Part shown: positions 52,644 through 60,936 of the stretch, in pieces
How the letters are laid out: every line of letters starts with the position of its first letter
Numbering within the stretch: position 1 is the stretch's first letter
Virus record (IMG/VR): IMGVR_UViG_3300025435_001056
Location: 64,001 to 128,000 of that record
Strand: one strand, 5' to 3'
Source of the DNA: a virus
DNA length: 64,000 nucleotides
Translations under genes and position numbers: made by a program
Notes under the pieces: generated by a model
What the model was told of the DNA's origin: nothing
The model's database searches: none
The model's input: the letters and a program-made list of their open reading frames with translations, nothing else

Positions 52644-52967
52644 ATGTCACAAGAAAAATTATTTACAGTAGCAGGTACAGCAACTAACGCCGATGGCACA
52701 GTTAAGGCACGTTTTGCAAACGACTTGGTAGCTCGGATCAAGATCCTAAACAAAGCAGGTTGCACCAATATCAACCTTATGGAATTGCCACAAGCAATGA
52801 CCAAGCTCCAGGCTCTTCAGTACCTGACAGAGCAGGGTGTCACAGGTGATGCGGGTTACGCAGTAGCCAACAAACTTGCAGAAAAGACCAAGATCGCTAA
52901 AAAAGCCGAAATTAAGGTTGCAGGTAAGGCTATTAAGTCTGTTAAAGTAGAAAAAGTAACAGCCTAA
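52644..52967 (+). CDS. Basic hypothetical protein (paralogue of 12916-13314)
   Basis: F.VAG......G..K.RFAND...R.K.L.K.G...I.L.ELP..MTK..A. Confidence 0.75.
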   Translation: MSQEKLFTVAGTATNADGTVKARFANDLVARIKILNKAGCTNINLMELPQAMTKLQALQYLTEQGVTGDAGYAVANKLAEKTKIAKKAEIKVAGKAIKSVKVEKVTA

Positions 52968-53012
52968 TAGGTAGTGGGGCAGGTGCAAACTATAAGTCCC
53001 CTAACTTATATC

Positions 53013-53306
53013 ATGACAAAGATACTGACCGTATCTTTTCTCTTTTTATTATCCGGTTGCGCAGCGGCTCCGTTGGTATTAACCGGACTCGGAGTCACTG
53101 GTGTAGCAGTAAACGAAACCACAGGCAAAACCCTTACAGATCATACAGTAAGTTCAATCAGCGGGCAAGATTGCAGGATTGGTAGAGCATTTAAAGAACA
53201 ATCGGTTTGCCAAGATTTGAATCAAGCTCAAACTCAAATACAAATAATCAATACTGGCACCAAACCATCAACTGTAGAAGAAATTCAAGCTCGTTATCGC
53301 TGGTAA
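53013..53306 (+). CDS. Lipoprotein
   Basis: Lipobox LSGC; TGKT.TDH.VS...GQDC. Confidence 0.7.
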   Translation: MTKILTVSFLFLLSGCAAAPLVLTGLGVTGVAVNETTGKTLTDHTVSSISGQDCRIGRAFKEQSVCQDLNQAQTQIQIINTGTKPSTVEEIQARYRW

Positions 53307-53334
53307 CTTGGCCATTTTGGCTAAGTATTTTGAT

Positions 53335-53565
53335 ATGTTTGACGAACTTGATCTTACCATTAGAACTGCAATTCATAATCTCATGCTGGTCTTATACGAT
53401 CAAGGCATCACCGAAATCCATACCGGCGGCCTCATGCGCCTGTTGGGTGTGTCCAATGATGTAGCCCAGGAGTATGATGATGAACGGGTGATCTTGGATG
53501 ATAATTTTGTCAGATATGTGGAAGAAATCAACACACCAAGACCGCCTGATCAGCTCCTGCATTAA
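53335..53565 (+). CDS. Small hypothetical protein
   Basis: Upstream TAAGTA; H.GGLMRLLGV. Confidence 0.6.
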   Translation: MFDELDLTIRTAIHNLMLVLYDQGITEIHTGGLMRLLGVSNDVAQEYDDERVILDDNFVRYVEEINTPRPPDQLLH

Positions 53566-53807
53566 TGACAGTACCTATTTTCAAAAACGGAGATGCCCTT
53601 TATACAGTAATTCTGCGAGAGTCTGATGCTCGAAATCGATTGGTTAAATGGTCCACTTCCAGTCGTAGTATCCAAGCTCGTGTTGACGAAAACAAGATGC
53701 ATATCTATGATCACAATACCCTAAGCCTGTTTATAGTGACCTGGACACACGGATGGGATAATGTAACAGTTTGGGATCCTTGGCTCAAACGGCATATTAC
53801 AATTTGA
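53565..53807 (+). CDS. Small hypothetical protein
   Basis: TAATG coupling. Confidence 0.6.
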   Translation: MTVPIFKNGDALYTVILRESDARNRLVKWSTSSRSIQARVDENKMHIYDHNTLSLFIVTWTHGWDNVTVWDPWLKRHITI

Positions 53808-53837
53808 CAAATGCAATTTACACTGTATAATAACAGT

Positions 53838-54350
53838 ATGGATCCTAAAGATTATACCACATTTGAAAAAATATTAGACAGTTCGATCGCAACTGATTGT
53901 ATCACTATTCCTAATGGATACGGAGCCGAAACGGTTACAGTAAACAATGCCATTGACACAATCACTTTGTCTGAGTTTGACTTCAATTTACAAAACACCA
54001 TGTCTACTTATAGTAATGTTACTGTCACTAGCCCATACATTGTAAGTGGTGGCACTGGTCTTTATACTACAGGTACAACTGCTTCTCCGTGGGCTACTAC
54101 ACCCAGTTCAAAGATCCAACTGAACGGCGAAGACGCCGATATCGAAGTTAATGGATTAAGTCTAATGGATGCGATACAAAAGATTGAAGAACGCTTAAAC
54201 ATACTACATCCAAATACTGAATTAGAAGCGGAATGGGCAGAACTACGCGAATTGGGCGAGCAATACCGCAAACTTGAGCAACACATCAAGGACAAACAGG
54301 CTACATGGGACCGTTTGAAGGCCATGCCACCACCGGTGACTGATCAATGA
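53838..54350 (+). CDS. Hypothetical protein with C-terminal coiled coil
   Basis: TTGACA-16-TATAAT, ATG 6 nt later; IEERL.IL.PN..LE..W.EL..L. Confidence 0.65.
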   Translation: MDPKDYTTFEKILDSSIATDCITIPNGYGAETVTVNNAIDTITLSEFDFNLQNTMSTYSNVTVTSPYIVSGGTGLYTTGTTASPWATTPSSKIQLNGEDADIEVNGLSLMDAIQKIEERLNILHPNTELEAEWAELRELGEQYRKLEQHIKDKQATWDRLKAMPPPVTDQ

Positions 54351-55738
54351 CAACCTGGTCTGATTTTTACGATCAAATTAGAGATTCTTCCTGGCCCGAC
54401 TGCACAACTGAAGATCAGTTTGCCTTGTTGCCTGAACACATACAACAAGAATGCCAAGAAAAATTTGGCTATGTGCCTGGTGCATTTTCCAAGATCTCCA
54501 AATTAAAAAATCAAGTTTTCCCAATAAAAACAGCCACGGCCTGCCAGCTGAAATGGAATTGGAGTACCGTATTTCTTACTACAGAGGAAACCGCCAGTTG
54601 CCATAGGACCAATCATCACAAGTTTGATACCGATCTATTTGATTTTCATAATACTCCATCAAAATTAGATGATCGAAATCGCATGTTGGCTGGCAAATGG
54701 CCTCAGGAAGGATGTACATATTGTCACAACATTGAACAAGCAGGGGGGCAGAGTGATCGTATGACCAACCTGAACTTTTCGGGTATACATGCTCCGCCTG
54801 AATTAGACAATAATCCTCAAGCCATACAAGTTACCCCTAGAATTTTAGAAGTGTATTTTGATAATACCTGTAATTTGAAATGTCTCTACTGTGGTCCACA
54901 TTTTAGCAGCCTATGGGATGCCGAAAATCGACAGTTTGGACAACCGGCCTTTATCAAAAGCAAAAATATAGACAAAAACAAACAACAAATTTTTGCCTGG
55001 TTACGAGTCAACGGACAGTATTTGACCAATTTCAATATACTGGGCGGGGAACCCTTGTACCAGAGCGAATTGGAAGAGTGTTTAGATCTGTTTGAACAGT
55101 ATCCTGCCTCAGAACTCAAGTTGCAAATTTTTACTAATCTTAATACCAAACTTGATCATTTAAAAAAAATAGTTTCCAGAGTCAAACAGTTAGTCAATCA
55201 AAATAGTATTAGAGAATTTGAAGTTACAGCCAGCTTAGACTGCTGGGGTGCGGCACAGGAGTACGTTCGTTATCCTTTGAATTTGGAATCTTGGCAGAAA
55301 AATTTTGAATATCTACTGTCAGAATCCTGGATCAATTTGATTATAGGCAGTACCGTGACACCGTTAACTATAAAAACTCTGCCAGATTTATTGGAAAGGA
55401 TCAATCAATGGAATCAAGTTCGACCAGTTCATCATTATCAAAACAGTGTTAATGGACCCAGTTACATGTTTATTGATATGTTTGGTGATATTTTTCAGTC
55501 AGATTTTGCTTGTGCATTGGAACTCAAACCCGATGCTACCCCAGAACAACAGGCCAGCAAAAATTATCTATTGGGCATTGCCAAGCAATCGGTTGCCGGC
55601 GCTCCAAACTTGCCTGAAATAAAAAAACTGTTTGATTTTTTGAATGAAATAGATCGTCGTCGAAAGACCAGCTGGCCCAAAGTATTTCCTTGGTTAGTTT
55701 TGGAATTTAGCAAACATGGATTTAATATACCTACTTAA
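54347..55738 (+). CDS. Radical SAM protein with an extra Cys-rich region
   Basis: CNLKCLYC, GGEP, TN, SLD, YVRY; N-terminal W..FY..IRD.SWP.C. Confidence 0.88.
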   Translation: MTTWSDFYDQIRDSSWPDCTTEDQFALLPEHIQQECQEKFGYVPGAFSKISKLKNQVFPIKTATACQLKWNWSTVFLTTEETASCHRTNHHKFDTDLFDFHNTPSKLDDRNRMLAGKWPQEGCTYCHNIEQAGGQSDRMTNLNFSGIHAPPELDNNPQAIQVTPRILEVYFDNTCNLKCLYCGPHFSSLWDAENRQFGQPAFIKSKNIDKNKQQIFAWLRVNGQYLTNFNILGGEPLYQSELEECLDLFEQYPASELKLQIFTNLNTKLDHLKKIVSRVKQLVNQNSIREFEVTASLDCWGAAQEYVRYPLNLESWQKNFEYLLSESWINLIIGSTVTPLTIKTLPDLLERINQWNQVRPVHHYQNSVNGPSYMFIDMFGDIFQSDFACALELKPDATPEQQASKNYLLGIAKQSVAGAPNLPEIKKLFDFLNEIDRRRKTSWPKVFPWLVLEFSKHGFNIPT

Positions 55739-55816
55739 TGGCAAAAAGTATCAAAAATTGTAGATTTTAAACCAGACAAGTTATATAATACTAAGTATTT
55801 TAGAGAGTAGAAAAAA

Positions 55817-56076
55817 CAACCAGGCTAACATTGCGTTTAGCGGAGGATTACAAATCAAGATCTACTCCACAACGGACGGGTCAGTGCCGCAAAGCTGACC
55901 GGTATTAAAGAGGACTTCGGAAATCCTCTTCATTGACAAATGGTATGGGCAAACTGGAAACAAAGGTTTGCTTAGAGAGTATGGCACTGAGGCCCGAGGT
56001 CTTGATCTGTCTAAATATCTACCCACCGCCATTGTCTGTGCGCCCATTCCGGGCATCCGCTGAAACGGTCCAGTTG
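55817..56076 (+). ncRNA. Candidate large structured RNA / leader with pseudoknots
   Basis: At least 7 complementary segment pairs (see findings); TATAAT/TAAGTA promoter at 55784-55797. Confidence 0.6.
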
Positions 56077-56094
56077 AACCGAAGGAGGACGACA

Positions 56095-56781
56095 ATGAAG
56101 CGTATCTTATTATCGTTATTACTAGTAGTCAGCAGTTTGGCAACAGCAGCAGAAGTACGGCAGGATCAGGTAGTGTTGGCAGACAACACGACTTTCAGCG
56201 GTCAGATGGCGGAGCATGCCGCTAGTTTCGTTCGAAGCACTGCCAATACCTTAACAGCACCATTCTTGTCACAGCAGGATGTTGAGTGCTTGGCCCGTAA
56301 CATATTTTACGAAGCCGGATCGGAACCCTTAGAGGGCAAGGTGGCCGTGGGCATGGTCACAATCAATAGAACCCAGGACGATCGATACCCACAAGATATC
56401 TGCGGAGTAGTAAAACAACGCACAGTGATCACAGTACCACAACAGGTCACTCAAGTCAAGACAGTCAAAGAAGGTTGGCTACTACCACCCCGGCAGGTGG
56501 TGGAAACTCGAACTCAACGGGTAACTCGTGCCATATATCAGTTTAGTTGGGTAGGACAACGCAATCTGCGCATACGCGAAGATGATCCGCGCTGGATCGA
56601 AAGCCGCGCTGTGGCCGAAGAACTGGCCCGCGGCGGCTACGAAACATGGCAAGAAAAGTATAGCGAAGCCATGAATTTCCATGCGGTGTATGTGAATCCG
56701 GGCTGGCGTTTAAAGCGCATTGGCCGGGTAGGAAATCACATATTTTATAAAGGAAACGCACCTGTTCAACAGGGTGGTTGA
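56095..56781 (+). CDS. SleB/Hydrolase_2 cell-wall hydrolase with signal peptide
   Basis: AAGGAGG RBS; CLA.NIFYEA.SE...GK.AV..V..NR, ICGVV.Q, QFSW, FHA.YV.P.W, GNHIFY. Confidence 0.9.
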   Translation: MKRILLSLLLVVSSLATAAEVRQDQVVLADNTTFSGQMAEHAASFVRSTANTLTAPFLSQQDVECLARNIFYEAGSEPLEGKVAVGMVTINRTQDDRYPQDICGVVKQRTVITVPQQVTQVKTVKEGWLLPPRQVVETRTQRVTRAIYQFSWVGQRNLRIREDDPRWIESRAVAEELARGGYETWQEKYSEAMNFHAVYVNPGWRLKRIGRVGNHIFYKGNAPVQQGG

Positions 56782-56839
56782 CCAAAAACTCGCAAGGTGT
56801 TATAATTGTAGTATGAATAACACTTGCGAGTCGAAATAA
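56778..56839 (+). promoter_or_regulatory. Early promoter with leaderless 8-codon mini-ORF
   Basis: TTGACC-17-TATAAT; ATG 56813 MNNTCESK*, TAATG overlap with next start. Confidence 0.55.
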
Positions 56840-57234
56840 TGGCATTCCATCTTGAAGGACCGTGGTTAAGCACAACTGGCAAAAAGCGAGGCCCCCGTAA
56901 ATGGGCCAGTTCCGAAGCCAAACAATTAGCTCAAAAACGGCAGGCTGAATGGGATCGTAAACTGATTCAGTTTGAAAAGATGGCGCCTAAATTTAGTACA
57001 GGACCTTATAATGCTCCAAGAAAAACAATACACGACTTTATACCAAAAACTCCACCAGGGCGCGAAACAGTTGCTATCCCTAGTCAGGATACTGGTTGGG
57101 TTGCCTGCGTAAAAGCACAAGATACCGAATATACCGGTACCAAAGTAAAAGGTATTGGCACCATGCACAAATCCAATGCTGTGCCTATTTTCTCCGATGA
57201 CGAAGCAAAAGATATAAGTAAAATGCGTCGCTGA
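56839..57234 (+). CDS. Conserved T4-like hypothetical protein
   Basis: YTG...KGIGTMHKSNAVPIF...A.DI..MRR. Confidence 0.75.
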   Translation: MAFHLEGPWLSTTGKKRGPRKWASSEAKQLAQKRQAEWDRKLIQFEKMAPKFSTGPYNAPRKTIHDFIPKTPPGRETVAIPSQDTGWVACVKAQDTEYTGTKVKGIGTMHKSNAVPIFSDDEAKDISKMRR

Positions 57235-57250
57235 AAAAGGAGATAGTGTC

Positions 57251-57469
57251 ATAGCAAAAGAAGAAGTAATCAAAATGGACGGGTTAATAGCCGAAGTGCT
57301 ACCCAATACCCAGTTCCGTGTGGAAATTGAAGGATTTGAACGAGCTATCTTGGCTACTTTAAGTGGACGCATGCGGCAAAACAATATCAAAGTGCTAGCC
57401 GGTGATACGGTAGAAATGGAATTTAGCCCTTACGACCTAACTCGCGGTCGTATTACCCGACGCCGATAA
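57251..57469 (+). CDS. infA: Translation initiation factor IF-1 (probable ATA start)
   Basis: (M)AKEEVIKMDG...E.LPN..FRV, SGRMR.N.IK.L.GD.V..E.SPYDL.RGRI..R; AAGGAG 8 nt before ATA. Confidence 0.92.
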   Translation: MAKEEVIKMDGLIAEVLPNTQFRVEIEGFERAILATLSGRMRQNNIKVLAGDTVEMEFSPYDLTRGRITRRR

Positions 57470-57477
57470 ATATCTGT

Positions 57478-58020
57478 ATGCGTGAAATAATTGACCTAGT
57501 AGAAGCTTCTACCCGACCAGCCAAGCTGGAAACCACAACCTTGCCCTACACTCACAAGGCCTTGGAACCGGTTATGAGTGCAGATACCATTGAGTATCAT
57601 TACGAACATTTGGCCAAGGGCTATGCAAAGAAATACAATGCAGGCGAAGGCGACCCTGACTTTAATCGTGCTGGAAGTTTCCTGCACAACAAGTTCTTCC
57701 CACAGTTGCGTGAACCTCGCGGTGCCAATAGACCCAAGGGTGCAGTATTGGAACTGATTGAAACCAAGTTCAAAACCTACGAAGACTTTAAAGCAGCAGT
57801 TAAAGAAGTGGCCATGAAGATCCAAGGAAGTGGTTGGATATATCTATCAACCGGTGGCGAAATCAAAACCATTCGCAATCATGCTGTTCGTACCGATATC
57901 TGTGTCTTGATTGACTGGTGGGAGCACTCGTGGAGTTTGGATTATCAATGGGACAAAGAGAAGTATTTGGATAACATCTGGAAGATTATCAACTGGGATG
58001 TTTGCAACGAACGGTTGTAG
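57478..58020 (+). CDS. Compact Fe/Mn superoxide dismutase
   Basis: LPY...ALEP.MS..T..YHY, LH..FF, GSGW, DWWEHSW..DY...K..YL..IW..INW. Confidence 0.9.
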   Translation: MREIIDLVEASTRPAKLETTTLPYTHKALEPVMSADTIEYHYEHLAKGYAKKYNAGEGDPDFNRAGSFLHNKFFPQLREPRGANRPKGAVLELIETKFKTYEDFKAAVKEVAMKIQGSGWIYLSTGGEIKTIRNHAVRTDICVLIDWWEHSWSLDYQWDKEKYLDNIWKIINWDVCNERL

Positions 58021-58048
58021 TCATAAATACTCGTGGGAACACGCAACC

Positions 58049-58516
58049 ATGAGAACAACCAAAAAACACAGACGCATTTACGAAGATTATTATAATGTAA
58101 GATTGCCAAGCATTATTGAAATACATCATATTGATGGCAATCACGATAACAATGATATCACAAACTTAATGGCAGTTACTATCGAAGAGCACTTTGAAAT
58201 TCATAGACAACAGGGCGATTACGCTGCGGCATTTAGAATATCACAAAGAATGGAAGTTAGCAAAGAGGAAAAAAGTAGATTGGCATCCTTAGCCGCAACC
58301 AAAGCCAATGCAGAAGGAAAATGCGGGTTTAAATTGGGTCATGCTTCGATCGCTGGAAAGGTAGGCGGCAAAAAAGGTGGCGCCTATGCTAAGGAAAACC
58401 GTACAGGAATATTTGCATTAACACCCGAACAGAATAAACAACGACATTTCAATTCTGTAGTAACCAAAATGATTAAAGCCGGCAAAGCAAGTGCTTGGCC
58501 AAGAGAGGAAATATGA
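58049..58516 (+). mobile_element. Free-standing HNH homing endonuclease
   Basis: EIHHIDGNH.NN...NL......H...H; upstream TAAATA. Confidence 0.85.
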
Positions 58517-58839
58517 TTACAATTACAGATTCAGCAGTATCAAAACTCCAAGATATTCTGATAGAGGAAGCCAACCCTAATCTTAAACTTCGTGTGTTTG
58601 TACAAGGTGGTGGATGCAGTGGTATGCAATATGGTTTTACTCTGGACGAAGAGCAGGCCGAAGATGACTGGGATCTGGATGTCAATGGTGTCCATGTGCT
58701 AGTTGACAGCATGAGTGGTGGGTATTTGCAAGGAGCCACCATAGACTATCGAGAAGATCAATACGGCAGCAGTTTCAGCATCAACAATCCCAACGCTCAA
58801 ACCACCTGCGGTTGCGGTAGTAGCTTTAGCCCTTACTAA
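58513..58839 (+). CDS. erpA: A-type Fe-S cluster carrier (ErpA/IscA)
   Basis: [30 protein letters not shown]. Confidence 0.92.
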   Translation: MITITDSAVSKLQDILIEEANPNLKLRVFVQGGGCSGMQYGFTLDEEQAEDDWDLDVNGVHVLVDSMSGGYLQGATIDYREDQYGSSFSINNPNAQTTCGCGSSFSPY

Positions 58840-58893
58840 CCAGAATACTCTAGCTTAACCCTATGCTAAATACAGTATAGGGGTCCTGAATCT

Positions 58894-60933
58894 ATGAGTC
58901 AAGTATACATCAATGTAGGAGCAACACCAAACGACGGTGATGGCGATCCCATCCGCACGGCGTTTATTAAAACTAACACCAATTTTAGCACACTTTTTAG
59001 CATACCGCAAGCCAGTCCTCCTCCAACATTGGTAGGCAGCCCCGGTGATTTTGCTGGCATGTATGCCTATAGCGGTTCTTATTTTTACTATTGTTTTGCT
59101 AACTATACCGGCAATACAACAATTTGGGCACAAATTACACAAGCTGGTAATGTTTCAGTTTCGGCCATTAACAATGGAACCAGCAATATATCAATTGCAG
59201 GAGTCAATGCCAATGCCACAGTCAATATTAATGGCACCAGCGATGTGGCAGTTTTTAGCAATGCCGGCATTTTTCTCAGTGGTGTAGTCAGTGCCACTGG
59301 TAATATACGCGGCGGCAACATTAATACAGCCGGAGTAGTCAGTGCCATTGGAAATATTTCTGGAAATTATATACTGGGAAATGGAAGTCAACTGACTGGA
59401 TTACCGGCCACTTATTCAAATGCCAATGTGGCTAATTATTTGCCAGTATATTCGGGCAACATATCAAGCAACAATTTATCAGCTACGGGCAATATTGTTG
59501 GCAATAATATTTTTTCCAGCAGTATCATCAGTGCCACAGGCAATATTGTTACTGCTGGATATTTTGTTGGAAACTTTGCCGGCAATATCACTGGAAATTT
59601 GGTGGTACCTGGTTCAAACACTGAAGTGTTGTTCAATACCAATGGAAACTCTGATGCGGTAGCTGGCATGACCTACAACAAAGGAACCAATACTTTTGCA
59701 GTATTGGGAACTGTTAGCTCACAAGGTAATATCATTGGCGGTAACATTGTCACTGTGGGACTAATCACTACCGCAGGAAATGTGTATGCTGCTAACATCA
59801 CAGGTGGTAATCTATTAACCGGTGGACTGATTAGTGCGGCTGGATCACTCAATACCAACACTAGTGTCATTGCTCAAGGTAACATACGTGGTGGAAATTT
59901 GATCAGCAACGGATTGATCACATCCACCGGTAATGTTACCGGTGGCAACTTGTTGACAGGCGGTCTGGTTTCAGCCACAGGCAACATAAGTGGTAACTAT
60001 ATTCGTGCTGGGCAAGATATCAATGCTGGCGGCAATGTCACGGCCGTCAATGTCAATGCCAATATAGCCAGTATCATTGGCAATGTCTACGGCGGCAATA
60101 TTTCAACTGTTGGTCTAATAAGTGCTGTAGGAAATGTCTCTGGCAATTATTTTATTGGCAATGGAAGACAGCTTACTGGATTGCCAACTTCATACAGCAA
60201 TACTGATGTGGCCTCCTTTTTATCTGCGTACGGTTCCAACACTGTCAGCACTACCGGCACTGTAACCGCAGGTAATATCACAGGTGGCAATGTGTTAACT
60301 GGTGGAGTTGTCTCTGCCATCGGCAATGTCATTGGCAACTACATACTTGGTAACGGAAGTCAACTAACCGGATTGCCAGCCAATTACGGAAATTCAAATG
60401 TGACCACTTTGTTGGCGGCATTTGGAAGTAATACTATATCGACCACAGGAAACATTACAGTTGGCAATATTCTTAATGCCAACGCAAATGCCCAAGGCAA
60501 TATTGGATCGCCTGGTGTATATTTCAACACAGTTTTTGCGCAGGCTACTTCGGCACAGTATGCTGACTTGGCTGAATGTTATCTAGCTGATGCCGACTAT
60601 ACCCCTGGAACTGTAGTTAGTTTTGGGGGTACTGCAGAAGTTACCACTAGTGATATAGATGCAGATCCTAAGATTGCTGGTGTAGTAAGTACTCATCCGG
60701 CTCACCTAATGAATTCTAAGTTATCTGGAGATCATGTGGTAGCTGTGGCTTTGGTAGGTCGTGTGCCATGTCACGTAATAGGACCTGTTACTGCAGGAGC
60801 CATGATGGTGTCGGCCGGTAATGGTCGTGCTAGAGCTGAAGTTGACCCAGCAATGGGCACAGTAATTGGCAAGGCTGTACGGGCATTTGATGGTGCAACA
60901 GGTACTATTGAAATAGTTGTTGGAAGAATTTAA
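58894..60933 (+). CDS. Baseplate-anchored fibre protein with C-terminal autoprocessing chaperone-like domain
   Basis: T4 gp9/10-like INVG..PNDG.GD..R.AF.K.N.NF; GN(I/V) repeats; AQYADLAE.Y ... VALVGRVP. Confidence 0.8.
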   Translation: MSQVYINVGATPNDGDGDPIRTAFIKTNTNFSTLFSIPQASPPPTLVGSPGDFAGMYAYSGSYFYYCFANYTGNTTIWAQITQAGNVSVSAINNGTSNISIAGVNANATVNINGTSDVAVFSNAGIFLSGVVSATGNIRGGNINTAGVVSAIGNISGNYILGNGSQLTGLPATYSNANVANYLPVYSGNISSNNLSATGNIVGNNIFSSSIISATGNIVTAGYFVGNFAGNITGNLVVPGSNTEVLFNTNGNSDAVAGMTYNKGTNTFAVLGTVSSQGNIIGGNIVTVGLITTAGNVYAANITGGNLLTGGLISAAGSLNTNTSVIAQGNIRGGNLISNGLITSTGNVTGGNLLTGGLVSATGNISGNYIRAGQDINAGGNVTAVNVNANIASIIGNVYGGNISTVGLISAVGNVSGNYFIGNGRQLTGLPTSYSNTDVASFLSAYGSNTVSTTGTVTAGNITGGNVLTGGVVSAIGNVIGNYILGNGSQLTGLPANYGNSNVTTLLAAFGSNTISTTGNITVGNILNANANAQGNIGSPGVYFNTVFAQATSAQYADLAECYLADADYTPGTVVSFGGTAEVTTSDIDADPKIAGVVSTHPAHLMNSKLSGDHVVAVALVGRVPCHVIGPVTAGAMMVSAGNGRARAEVDPAMGTVIGKAVRAFDGATGTIEIVVGRI

Positions 60934-60936
60934 ACA

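Noticed and set aside
55886-55990. c-di-GMP-I (GEMM) riboswitch call from GGGCAAAC..GAAA and CGCAAAGC fragments
   Set aside because: Fragments occur in the wrong order and pair differently; not supportable as the canonical aptamer
55817-56076. tmRNA, RNase P RNA, group I intron or ydaO riboswitch
   Set aside because: Their hallmark conserved sequences were not found by eye
55933-56094. 54-aa N-terminal extension of the hydrolase in the ORF track
   Set aside because: A strong AAGGAGG and a signal peptide begin at ATG 56095
10727-58516. Homing endonucleases as intron- or intein-encoded
   Set aside because: Flanking genes (clpP, SOD, erpA, wHTH) are intact, and each endonuclease has its own TAAATA promoter
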